Part shown: one piece after another, positions 12,860-22,183 of the stretch
Layout: the number at the start of each line of letters is the position of its first letter
How positions within the stretch are numbered: the stretch's first letter is position 1
Assembly: GCA_050012475.1 (NCBI GenBank)
Contig: JBEKHC010000029.1
Location: forward strand, 1-51,245
Length of the DNA: 51,245 nucleotides
Reading direction: 5' to 3'
Source of the DNA: Candidatus Velthaea sp.
GTDB lineage: Bacteria > Vulcanimicrobiota > Vulcanimicrobiia > Vulcanimicrobiales > Vulcanimicrobiaceae
The notes under the pieces: model-generated
Told to the model about the DNA's origin: nothing
Database searches by the model: none
What the model saw: the letters and a program-made list of their open reading frames with translations, nothing else
Made by a program: the position numbers and the translations under genes

Positions 12860-13620
12860 GCGGCTGGGCGTCTTCGTTGGACACGAGCTCGATCGTGACG
12901 CTCTCGAGCTTCGGTTTGCCCATAAAATACTCGTCGTTGCGCCGGAGCTCGATCCGATTACCCCGCTCCCAGCGAACGACGCGAAACGGACCCGTGCCAA
13001 CCGGCGCCGCGTTGAAAGAAACGTCGTTGATCGTTTTCTCTCGTGCCAGAATGTGCGCGGGTAAAACTCCGCAGCCGTCGCCGAAAACGGTTGTAACGAA
13101 CGGCGCGTAGCGGTGCCGCAAATGGAAATCGATGGTGCGCGCGTCGGGAACGTCGACACGCGAGACATCATCGAAACCGACCCGGCCGCTTACGTCGTTG
13201 GCCGGGTTCATCACGGCGTCGAAGGTAAATTTTACGTCGGCGCTCGTAAACGGCTGCCCATCCTGCCACTTTACGTTCGTGCGCAGCTTGTAGCGAATGG
13301 TTAGACCGTCGGCGCTGATTCCACCGTTTCCGATCGTCGGCACCTCGGCCGCGAGATCGGGCACGAGGCGACCGCTTGCGTCTTCGCTAACGAGAACGTC
13401 GCTGTAGAGCCGGCCGAAGGCAGCGTCGGCAGCGGTGTTTCCTAAAATTGGATTCAACGTGCTCTATAGAATAGCTGGTCGCGATGCGCAGCCTGCCGGG
13501 ACCGGTCCACGGATGGCGCGCCGGCACCGACGCCGCCAGCGGCCGGGCGGGCGCGCAACCGCTCCCCAGCGCGCACGTCGCAACGACCAGGTAGAGCGCG
13601 ACGCGGCTCCACGGTCCGAG
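12860..13620 (-). pseudogene. Peptide ABC transporter substrate-binding protein (family 5), frameshifted and 3'-truncated; boundaries approximate
   Basis: Lipoprotein-like N-terminus (LVVATCALGSGC...RHPWTGPGRLRIA) is in one frame; LNPILG...LRTNVKWQDGQPFTSADVKFT...PVGTGPF continues in another frame from about 13465; similarity ends about 200 aa later. Confidence 0.8.
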
Positions 13621-13957
13621 GCCTCGACACCGCCCACCAGAGAACCGCGAAGGTTCCCGGTTTGCCGGGATGAGCGCAATCGCGGGCCGATGCGCGGATT
13701 CGGCCGATCGACAGCTACGCTCCATCATCCCCCTCGATCCGAACGAACCTCGCCTCGGTCTTTTTTCATCGAATGTTGCGCGCCTCCGCAGCGAAGCAGC
13801 GCCGCCTGTCAGGCACCCAGCTTGGGCCAAGCCGAAACGCGACAGGCTGCGGACATTCGCACGCGCCGCGACGTGTTACGCTGGCACGGACCGGGTTTAC
13901 GTGCTTTGAATCGTCGCCGGGAGTGCGGCGCCGCAGTTCCGCGGTTCGCCTAAGTTG

Positions 13958-14386
13958 CTACTCGCCCGCAAACGAAGGATCCAAGTCGACTTGGACGATG
14001 TAACGCCCGCCGACAGCGTGGCCGTCGATAGTCGCCGCCTGGTATGTCGATGCACGCACGGCGTCGAGCGCGCTGCGATCGAGTCGTGCGCGGCCGCTCG
14101 ATTCGAGCACGGTGGCTTTCGTGAGCCGGCCGTTGTCGTCTAGATCGATCTCGATTTGCGCCGTACCGCCGATGTTGGCGAGTTTTTCAAACGAAGGCAG
14201 GTCGATGGGCTGACCGCGGACGATCTTCGCTTCGGTCCGCTTGCCGATGGACATCGCATCGACGTCATGTCCGATATCAGCGACGAGCATGCCGCGCAGG
14301 GTCAGCGAATCCCCAGCGAAAACCGGTGCGGACGTTGCGAATACGATCGTTGCGCTCGCCGCGAGCATGGTCTTTAATTGAAACAT
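13958..14386 (-). CDS. Secreted TonB C-terminal domain protein
   Basis: Signal peptide; GTAQIEIDLDDNGRL..VLESSG..LDRSALDAVRASTYQAA..DG pattern. Confidence 0.8.
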   Translation of the reverse strand: MFQLKTMLAASATIVFATSAPVFAGDSLTLRGMLVADIGHDVDAMSIGKRTEAKIVRGQPIDLPSFEKLANIGGTAQIEIDLDDNGRLTKATVLESSGRARLDRSALDAVRASTYQAATIDGHAVGGRYIVQVDLDPSFAGE

Positions 14387-14564
14387 CAGTCGTCCTCAAT
14401 GAGCAGCGCAAGAAGACTGTCTTGCCGGCCGTGTTGCGCCGGCTTTCGCGTCGAGCGGCGCCGTGACCCAATCGTGACGCAAACGGAAGGACCATGACAC
14501 AAACGGTCATACAGTTCAGTCATACCGTTGCGGCGCTCGCACCGCCGCCGCATGTAGCCGGGGT

Positions 14565-17201
14565 GTGATCGTGGAGAAAGAGCGCGTAACGGGTTCGGAA
14601 TTCGGGGCGCTCTTGCGCCGCCATCGATTGGCGGCCGGGCTATCGCAGGATGCGCTTGCCGAGCGGGCCGGGATGAGCACGGTCGGGATCAGCGCGCTCG
14701 AGCGCGGCGATCGCCGGTCGCCGTATCGCGACACGGTGGCGCTGCTCGCCAAGGCGCTGCGGTTGCCGCCGGACGACGGCGCTGCGTTCGAAGCCGTCGC
14801 GGCGCGACAGCGACCGCGCAAGCTGCGGGGTGAATTGCCGGCTCCGGCGACCGGCTCGCTGGGTCCCGCACGGTCGCTGCCATTACCCCGTACGGAGCTC
14901 GTCGGCCGCCAAACCGAGATTACCGACATTGTCCGGACGTTGAGCAGTAGCCGGCTCGTGACGGTGACGGGAGCCGGCGGCATCGGCAAGACGCGGATCG
15001 CGTTCGCGGTCGGCGACCTCCTGAGTGCGGACACCGGCGCGCTCGTGTACCTCGTGGAACTCGCGCCGGTTACGCACGGATCGCTCGTCGCCGGCGCGGT
15101 CAGTCGAGCCCTCGGAATGCAAGAATCGCCGGACCGTCCGCAGCTCGACGCGTTGGTCGCGCATCTCAAACAGAAAACGCTCGTGCTCATACTCGACAAC
15201 TGCGAGCACGTCATCGAGCCGGCAGCGCTCCTCGCCGACGCGTTGCTGCGCGCGTGCCCGCGCGTGCGAATCGTCGCGACGAGCCGCGAACCGCTGCGGA
15301 TCGCCGGCGAACGGACCTATCGGCTCCCCTCGCTGCGCACACCGGCGACCGGCGACAGCGCCCGGCTGAACGCGGCGGGAGCGGCGGCATTCGCCGCAAT
15401 CGAACTGTTCGTGCAGCGCGCGCAAGCCGCCGATCGCGGTTTCGCGCTCGACGACGGCAACGCGCCGATCGTCGCTGAGATCTGCCGGCGCTTGGACGGT
15501 ATTCCGCTGGCCATCGAGCTTGCCGCCGCACGCGTTAGCGTGCTGCCGGTGCGGTCGCTTTCGACCAGGCTCGACCAGCGTTTCGGTGTGCTCACCAACG
15601 GCGACCGCACGGCGCTCCCGCGGCATCAAACAATGCGCGCGCTCATCGATTGGAGCTACGATCTGCTCACGTCGCCCGAGCAGCAGCTCTTTGAAGGGTT
15701 GGCCGTGTTTTCGGGCGGATGCGCGCTGGCCGCGGCGACTGCGGTTTTTCAAGGAACGCTTTCGAGCGACGCCGCCCGAAACGGCGACCCGGTCGATCCC
15801 GACGACGGCACCGCAGATCTCGAGGTCCTGCATGTGCTCTCATCGCTCGTCGAAAAATCGTTGGCGATCGTCGACTTACAGACGGCTGAACCGCGCTATG
15901 GACTCTTGGAATCGTTCGCGCAGTACGGCCGCGAAAAACTCGTTGAACGCGGCAGCTATGATGCATTTGCGCGGCGGCATGCGCGGGTGTATCTCGAACT
16001 GGCCGATCGCCTCGAGCGGGCGTGGGAAACCGAATCGGACGCGACCTGGTACCCGCGGGCGGAAGCGGAATTGCCGAACTGGCGCGCCGCCTTGGAATGG
16101 GCGCTGGTCGCGCGCGGCGACATTCTCATCGGTCAACGCCTGGCCGGTTTGCTGATGCACGTTTGGCACGAGTTTGCCACCGCCGAGGGGCAGCGTTGGG
16201 TCAGTCTCGCGCTCCGGCTGGTGACCGACCAGACTCCATCCCACGTGATCGCGAAGCTCTACCTCACCGAGGCGCACCTCGCCACGAGTTTCTGTCAGTT
16301 GCGTGAAGCTCTGGTTCCGGCCGAAAACGCACGGCTGCGCTATGAGGAGCTCGGCGACCGCGATGGACTCGCGTGGTCGCAATACTTGGCTGGAGTTCCG
16401 CTGATGCAGACCGAGCGGCCGGTGCAGGCGGAAGCTACGCTGCGCGCGGCGTTGGATTCGGCACGCGCGTCCGGCACCCGGCGTAAACTGGTCGGACGAA
16501 TTTTGCTCGATCTCGGACTGCAGCTCTTGCGCGCCGATGACTTCACTGGCGGCAACGCGACCTTTCACGAGGCGTTGGAGATATTCAGATCGCTGGACGC
16601 GGAACGCGGCGTGGCCGACTCGCTGTTGCGTTTATCGGTGCTCGAGCACCGTCGCAGCGATTGGCAAGCGGCTCTGCGCTACAGCCTCGAGGCCCTTGAA
16701 ATTCTGCGCGCTTGCAATTCCCGCGTTGCCCTCGACGCGCTTCTCCCCGTCGCCGACTTTCTCGTCAAGCTGGCCCGATACGACGAAGCCGAGGTCACGT
16801 TGCGGGAATCCCTGGCAATCGCGCGCGAGCAACAGCGGGACGCGATAATCGCCTTTTCGCTTGAATACTTTGCGGAGATCGCCGCGGCTCGGCCGCTGGT
16901 CGACCCGCAATACCGGCTCGAAATGCGGAAGCGGGGCGCACGGCTTCTCGGCTTCGTCGATGACTTTTTCGCGACATCCGGACACGTCCCGCGTCAGCCG
17001 GTCCATCAGAAAGAATACGAGTCGCTCGTCGGCTCGCTGCGCGAAGCGCTCGGCGCAGAAACGTTGGCAACGCTGCTCGGCGAGGGCGCGACGATGACCG
17101 AAGACCAAGCCGTCGCGTACGCCGAGACGCTTTTCGAACCCGAAGAGCGGGCCGCAAACGTTCGGCACGCAGCAGTGAGAGATCCCCGGCCGGCGCGATA
17201 G
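14565..17201 (+). CDS. XRE-HTH / NB-ARC-like (STAND) ATPase / TPR transcriptional regulator
   Basis: FGALLRRHRLAAGLSQDALAERAG; Walker A GAGGIGKT; LILDNCEH; CRRLDGIPLAIELAA; helical repeats at the C-terminus. Confidence 0.92.
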   Translation: MIVEKERVTGSEFGALLRRHRLAAGLSQDALAERAGMSTVGISALERGDRRSPYRDTVALLAKALRLPPDDGAAFEAVAARQRPRKLRGELPAPATGSLGPARSLPLPRTELVGRQTEITDIVRTLSSSRLVTVTGAGGIGKTRIAFAVGDLLSADTGALVYLVELAPVTHGSLVAGAVSRALGMQESPDRPQLDALVAHLKQKTLVLILDNCEHVIEPAALLADALLRACPRVRIVATSREPLRIAGERTYRLPSLRTPATGDSARLNAAGAAAFAAIELFVQRAQAADRGFALDDGNAPIVAEICRRLDGIPLAIELAAARVSVLPVRSLSTRLDQRFGVLTNGDRTALPRHQTMRALIDWSYDLLTSPEQQLFEGLAVFSGGCALAAATAVFQGTLSSDAARNGDPVDPDDGTADLEVLHVLSSLVEKSLAIVDLQTAEPRYGLLESFAQYGREKLVERGSYDAFARRHARVYLELADRLERAWETESDATWYPRAEAELPNWRAALEWALVARGDILIGQRLAGLLMHVWHEFATAEGQRWVSLALRLVTDQTPSHVIAKLYLTEAHLATSFCQLREALVPAENARLRYEELGDRDGLAWSQYLAGVPLMQTERPVQAEATLRAALDSARASGTRRKLVGRILLDLGLQLLRADDFTGGNATFHEALEIFRSLDAERGVADSLLRLSVLEHRRSDWQAALRYSLEALEILRACNSRVALDALLPVADFLVKLARYDEAEVTLRESLAIAREQQRDAIIAFSLEYFAEIAAARPLVDPQYRLEMRKRGARLLGFVDDFFATSGHVPRQPVHQKEYESLVGSLREALGAETLATLLGEGATMTEDQAVAYAETLFEPEERAANVRHAAVRDPRPAR

Positions 17202-17208
17202 GCCCCGG

Positions 17209-18126
17209 TTAGCGCAGCCCGATCCCGGGATGCGGCCGTTCGGCCATCACCTCGCTGCGGAAGCGAAAGGTCTCCGCGGGGCGCCCAGAGGTCGCGCGGC
17301 GTTCGCCCGTGCCGACCACCAGCCCGCCGTCTTCGACGAAGCGGCGGAAATTCGACTTGTGCAGCCGCGTACCGGCCAAAGCCTCGACCGTTCGCTGCAG
17401 CTGCCAGAGGGTGAACGACTCGGGCAGGAGTTCGAAGACGACCGGGCGGTACTTGATTTTGGCGCGCACGCGGCCGATCGCCGTGGCCAGGATGCGCCGG
17501 TGGTCGAGCGCCATCGGTTCGCCGAGCACGTCGTGGTGCACCGGCGCCTCGGCTACCGCGCCGATCTCGTAGAGGATCTCGTAGCGCTCGAGGACGGCTT
17601 CGTCATTCCAGGGCGACCCGTCGAGGCCGAAGGCCGCGCTGCCGCGGATGCGGCGCGTATCGTCGGCGCTGTCCTCGGCGATCCAGGCCCGCACCCGGTC
17701 GACGACGCTTTTCGCCAAGATCGCCGGCCGTCCGCGCCGCCAGTCTTCCCAGGGGAAGAACCGGTACCAATCGATCCAAGCGACATTGGCGGGCGCGCCC
17801 AGGACCGGGCTGCCGATGAGGCCCAGATAGCCGACGGTGACGAAGCGCGGTCCGCCCGAGGTTTCGCGCGGGTCGCGAAAGCGGTCGCCGAAGGTATAGA
17901 GCTGTTCGAGGTAGCCGACTTCAACTTCGACTTGTTCGTCGATCGAGCGGCGCGCCGCGAGTTCGAGCGTGCGGTCGCGCCCGGGATCGAACGAACCCGC
18001 GGGCAGCCGCGGGCGTTCACCGTCGGCGACGGTCAGCACTAGCGGCACCGCATCGACCACCGAGACGATGACCGGGTCGAGACCCAGCGCAATTTCGCCG
18101 GCCATGACGTCGCCTGAACTCGTCAC
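17209..18126 (-). CDS. nadQ: NadQ (COG4111) NAD-biosynthesis repressor, Nudix-like plus wHTH; start may be ATG 18105
   Basis: GYLEQLYTFGDR, WYRFFPWEDWR, VLERYEILYE, DHRRILATA..R.R.KIKYRPVVFEL, LHKSNFRR. Confidence 0.88.
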   Translation of the reverse strand: MTSSGDVMAGEIALGLDPVIVSVVDAVPLVLTVADGERPRLPAGSFDPGRDRTLELAARRSIDEQVEVEVGYLEQLYTFGDRFRDPRETSGGPRFVTVGYLGLIGSPVLGAPANVAWIDWYRFFPWEDWRRGRPAILAKSVVDRVRAWIAEDSADDTRRIRGSAAFGLDGSPWNDEAVLERYEILYEIGAVAEAPVHHDVLGEPMALDHRRILATAIGRVRAKIKYRPVVFELLPESFTLWQLQRTVEALAGTRLHKSNFRRFVEDGGLVVGTGERRATSGRPAETFRFRSEVMAERPHPGIGLR

Positions 18127-18148
18127 TCGCCAGCGACCGCCGTGGGGC

Positions 18149-18574
18149 TCAGCGCTTGAGAACGCGCGCGAGTTTGTCGAACAGCCCGTCGATGGCGCGT
18201 TCGTGCGCGTCTTGTATGCGCTTCCAAAACATCCGGCCTTCGGGATCGGATAATTGCGCGACCGTGTGGTGGGTCAAGACGATCTTCTTGCCTTCGTGGG
18301 TGAGAAAGAATCCGTGCGTGCCGTCGACACCTTCGTTGTCGATGCGCCAGACGATGCGATCTTCGGGCACCGCCTCGGCGAGAATCGAATGCATCCCGAG
18401 ATGCCATTCTTCCGTCGTTCCCGCCGTGAGCGGTCCCGACGTGCGCATGAAGGGTTGCGCGGCGAACGGCCAGATCGCATCACCCGACGTTCCCATCTCC
18501 GCGAGCAGCTGGTAAATCCGTCGAGCGGTACCTCCGAACGCGCGCGAGTAGGCAACATCGATTGGGATCGGCAT
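18149..18574 (-). CDS. Hypothetical protein, possible SRPBCC/START fold
   Basis: 141 aa; EAVPEDRIVWRI..GTHGFFL and a long C-terminal helix. Confidence 0.7.
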   Translation of the reverse strand: MPIPIDVAYSRAFGGTARRIYQLLAEMGTSGDAIWPFAAQPFMRTSGPLTAGTTEEWHLGMHSILAEAVPEDRIVWRIDNEGVDGTHGFFLTHEGKKIVLTHHTVAQLSDPEGRMFWKRIQDAHERAIDGLFDKLARVLKR

Positions 18575-18741
18575 GCCGCGCGTTTCGTCGGCAACGGCGG
18601 CGTGGCCCTTGCATGCACGGTTCGCCGAACGGCGAACCCGTGACGTTTGCGCGGCGCGCAAGCCGCCGTGGCGACGCTTCATTCTGGCTTCGCTGGATCT
18701 TCACGCGGCCGCCGAGCTGCGGAATTACACTTAGGTCTGTC

Positions 18742-20487
18742 ATGATCGAACGCAACCTTCGCATGCCCGCAAACGAAAGCGCCTCCAAGCTGAACGGGGC
18801 CGGCCTCGACCGGTCAGTGAACGCCGCGCTCGCCCAGCTGACGGGCGGGATCTCGCCCGTCGCGCTCAACCTCGCCTACACCGACTGGCTGCAGCATCTC
18901 ATGCTCTCGCCGGATAAGCAGCTCGAACTCTTCATTGAGGGGATGCGCAACTGGCAAGCGCTCTGGGCGCTGGGCGCGCAGCCCGCAGCGGCCGTACCCG
19001 CTGGTGCGGAAGACAAGCGGTTCGCCGATCCCGCCTGGCAAAGTTGGCCGTTCAACCTGTATCGCCAGAGTTTTGTGTTGACCCAAGCGTGGTGGAAGCA
19101 GGCGACGACAGGTATCCCGGGCGTGGCGCGCCACCACGAAGATGTCGTGTCGTTCATCACCCGCCAGCTGCTCGACAGCATCGCGCCGACGAATTTCGCT
19201 GCGACCAATCCGGTGGTGCTCGATCAGGCCGCGCGCGAGGGCGGCGCGAACTTCGTGCGCGGCGCATGCAACGCCGTCCAAGACGTGCAGCGCACGACCG
19301 CCGGTGCGCCGCCGGTCGGCACCGAGGCGTTCGTCGTCGGCAAAAACGTCGCGGCCACGCCGGGCAGCGTGATCTTCCGCAACCGGCTCATCGAGGTCAT
19401 CCAGTACACTCCGACGACGCCCGACGTGTATGCCCAGCCGATCCTCATCATGTCGGCGTGGATCATGAAATACTATATTCTCGATCTCTCGCCGGAGAAT
19501 TCACTGGTCCGCTATCTGGTCGCGGCGGGCCACACCGTGTTCGTCATCTCGTGGAAGAACCCGACCGCGGACGATCGCGATTTGGGCTTCGACGACTATC
19601 GGCAGTTGGGATTCATGGCGGCGCTGGACGCGGTAACGGCGATCGTGCCGCAGCAGCCGGTGCACGCCGTCGGATACTGTTTGGGCGGAACGCTGCTCGC
19701 GATCGCCGCCGCAGCGATGGCGCGCGACGGCGACAACAGGATCGCCAGCTTGACGCTGTTCGCCGCGCAGACGGACACCACCCAAGCCGGCGAAATCATG
19801 CTCTTCATCGACGACGCGCAAGTGCAATTCCTCGAGGACATGATGGCCGAGCGCGGCTATCTCGAAGGCCGTCAAATGCTCGCCGCGTTCCAACTCCTGC
19901 GCTCCAACGACCTCATCTGGTCCGCGATGGTGCAGGAATATCTGCTCGGGAAACGCGCGCCGATGTTCGACCTCATGGCGTGGAACGCTGACAGCACGCG
20001 CATGCCGGCCCGCATGCATTCAGAATATCTGCGCACGCTGTTCCTCAACAACGATCTGGCCGCGGGACGGTTCGTCGTCGGCGGCCGGCCGATTTCGCTG
20101 CGCGACATCCGTTTGCCGATCTTCGCGGTCAGCACGGTGACCGATCACGTCGCGCCGTGGAAGTCGGTGTACAAGATTCAAGAACTCACCGAGACCGAAG
20201 TCACCTTCGTGCTCTCCAACGGCGGGCACAACGTGGGCGTCGTCAATCCGCCGGGCACGCCGCACCGGCACTACCAGCTGGCCGTTCACGCTGCCGCGAC
20301 GAACGCGCTCGACGCCGAGCGCTGGCAGGCGACGGCGCCGCTGCACGACGGTTCGTGGTGGCCGGCGTGGACCGATTGGCTCGAACGCCGCTCGGGCACG
20401 CGCGTGCCGCCGCCGGCGTTCGGCGCGCCGGCCGCGGGCTATGCCGTGCTCGGCGACGCTCCCGGCACGTACGTGTTCGATCGATGA
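18742..20487 (+). CDS. phaC: Class I-type PHA synthase
   Basis: DKRFADPAW, PTNFAATNP, WIMKYYILDLSPENS, lipase box GYCLGG, DHVAPW, GGHNVG, GSWWPAW. Confidence 0.95.
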   Translation: MIERNLRMPANESASKLNGAGLDRSVNAALAQLTGGISPVALNLAYTDWLQHLMLSPDKQLELFIEGMRNWQALWALGAQPAAAVPAGAEDKRFADPAWQSWPFNLYRQSFVLTQAWWKQATTGIPGVARHHEDVVSFITRQLLDSIAPTNFAATNPVVLDQAAREGGANFVRGACNAVQDVQRTTAGAPPVGTEAFVVGKNVAATPGSVIFRNRLIEVIQYTPTTPDVYAQPILIMSAWIMKYYILDLSPENSLVRYLVAAGHTVFVISWKNPTADDRDLGFDDYRQLGFMAALDAVTAIVPQQPVHAVGYCLGGTLLAIAAAAMARDGDNRIASLTLFAAQTDTTQAGEIMLFIDDAQVQFLEDMMAERGYLEGRQMLAAFQLLRSNDLIWSAMVQEYLLGKRAPMFDLMAWNADSTRMPARMHSEYLRTLFLNNDLAAGRFVVGGRPISLRDIRLPIFAVSTVTDHVAPWKSVYKIQELTETEVTFVLSNGGHNVGVVNPPGTPHRHYQLAVHAAATNALDAERWQATAPLHDGSWWPAWTDWLERRSGTRVPPPAFGAPAAGYAVLGDAPGTYVFDR

Positions 20488-21938
20488 GCGCCGGAACACC
20501 CGTCAACCCGCTCACGCATCCGCTGGACCGGATCGAGAACCGCACCTTCGATGAACTGCAGCCGGGCGATTCCGCGAGCTTGGTGCGGACACTCACCTAC
20601 GAGGACATCGAGCTCTTTGCGGTGATGTCCGGCGACGTCAATCCGGCGCACGTCGACGAAGCGTTCGCCAAGAGCGACATGTTCCACAAGATCGTGGCCC
20701 ACGGGATGTGGGGCGGTTCGCTGTTCTCGACCGTCATGGGAACGCAGCTGCCGGGCCCGGGTGCGATCTACGTCGAGCAGTCGCTGCACTTCCGCCGGCC
20801 GATCGGCGTCGGCGACACGATTACCGTCAGCGTGCGCGTGGTCAGCAAGACCGAGCAGAACCATCGGGTCGTTTTCGATTGCCGCGCCGTGAATCAGCTG
20901 GGTCAGGACGTCATCACCGGGACGGCCGAAGTGATCGCGCCAACCGAGAAAATCTCGCGGCCGCGCATCGTCATGCCCGAAATCTACATGCGCGGAAAGG
21001 ACCGCTACTTCGAAGAGCTGATCGGGCGCGCGCATGGGCTGCCGCCGATTCGAACCGCGGTCGTCCATCCGGTCGATACGCCGTCGCTGCTGGGCGCGAT
21101 CGAAGCCGCACGCGCCGGTCTCATCGTGCCGATTCTCGTCGGCCCCGAACGGCGCATTCGCGCCGCGGCGGAACTCGCGCAGCTCGACCTCACCCCGTAT
21201 GAAATCGTGGCGACCAAACATAGCAACGCGGCAGCCGCGCACGCCGTCACGATGGCGCGCAGCGGCAAAGTGGGTGCGCTCATGAAAGGCGCGCTGCACA
21301 CGCAAGAGTTCATGCACGCGGTCGTCGATGATGAGCGCGGCTTGCGTACCGCGCGGCGCATGAGCCATGTTTTCGTCGTCGACGCGCCCGACTATCCGCG
21401 CCCGCTCTTCATCACCGATGCCGCCGTCAACATCTATCCCTCGCTGAGCGACAAGCGCGACATCATTGCCAACGCAATCGAGTTGGCTCGCGCTTTGGGC
21501 AACACCGAACCGCGGGTCGCCATCCTTTCGGCCATCGAGACCGTGAACGAGCGGATCAAGTCGACCCTCGACGCCGCGGCCCTGTGCAAGATGGCCGACC
21601 GCGGTCAGATCGAAGGCGGCATCATCGACGGTCCGTTGGATTTCGACAGCGCCGTTTCGGCCGAATCGGCCAAGATCAAAGGCATCGTGTCCGAGGTTGC
21701 CGGGCGCGCCGATATCTTCGTCGTGCCCGATTTCGAGTCCGGAAACATGCTGGCCAAGCAACTCGAATATCTCGCGGACGCGCACATTTCGGGCGTGGTC
21801 GTCGGCGCCCGCGTTCCGATCGTCCTCAATAGCCGTTCGGACAACACGCTCGCGCGTCTGGGCTCCTGTGCGATCGCCCTGTTATTGGAGCGCCACTCGG
21901 CGAGCGCGGCAGCGAGCGCAAAGCGAGCGCAGACCTAA
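20484..21938 (+). CDS. Bifunctional MaoC/PhaJ-type enoyl-CoA hydratase / phosphate acyl(butyryl)transferase
   Basis: SGDVNPAH..AHGMW..LPGPG, then LMKGALHT, ITDAAVN, DGPLDFDSA, SGNMLAK; ATGA overlap with phaC. Confidence 0.92.
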   Translation: MSAGTPVNPLTHPLDRIENRTFDELQPGDSASLVRTLTYEDIELFAVMSGDVNPAHVDEAFAKSDMFHKIVAHGMWGGSLFSTVMGTQLPGPGAIYVEQSLHFRRPIGVGDTITVSVRVVSKTEQNHRVVFDCRAVNQLGQDVITGTAEVIAPTEKISRPRIVMPEIYMRGKDRYFEELIGRAHGLPPIRTAVVHPVDTPSLLGAIEAARAGLIVPILVGPERRIRAAAELAQLDLTPYEIVATKHSNAAAAHAVTMARSGKVGALMKGALHTQEFMHAVVDDERGLRTARRMSHVFVVDAPDYPRPLFITDAAVNIYPSLSDKRDIIANAIELARALGNTEPRVAILSAIETVNERIKSTLDAAALCKMADRGQIEGGIIDGPLDFDSAVSAESAKIKGIVSEVAGRADIFVVPDFESGNMLAKQLEYLADAHISGVVVGARVPIVLNSRSDNTLARLGSCAIALLLERHSASAAASAKRAQT

Positions 21939-21943
21939 CAGCA

Positions 21944-21966
21944 GGACTCGGGCTTCGCCCGAGTCC
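21944..21966. terminator. Perfect hairpin just after the MaoC-Pta stop (no U tract)
   Basis: ggactcgggc-ttc-gcccgagtcc. Confidence 0.5.
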
Positions 21967-22180
21967 GCGGCGTTCGGCGTTTCGCGCTGAGTCGCCGTGG
22001 GGTTCGGCGTTTCGCGCTGAGCCGCCGTGGCGTTTGCGGCTTCGCCTCGGCCGGCGTGGGCGTAGGCGTGGGCGTGGGCGTGGGCGTACCGAGCGAAGCC
22101 GAGGGCGCCCATCCGAGCGAAGCCGAGGGCGCCCATCCGAGCGAAGCCGAGGGCGCCCATCCGAGCGAAGCCGAGAGCAC
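21965..22180. repeat. Composite tandem-repeat tract between convergent genes
   Basis: 30-bp unit x2.3 (21965-22034), ggcgtr x6 (22053-22088), ccgagcgaagccgagggcgcccat x3.8 (22089-22180). Confidence 0.92.
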
Positions 22181-22183
22181 TCG

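Noticed and set aside
22089..22180. 24-bp repeats as a CRISPR array
   Set aside because: Head-to-tail identical units with no unique spacers, and no cas genes
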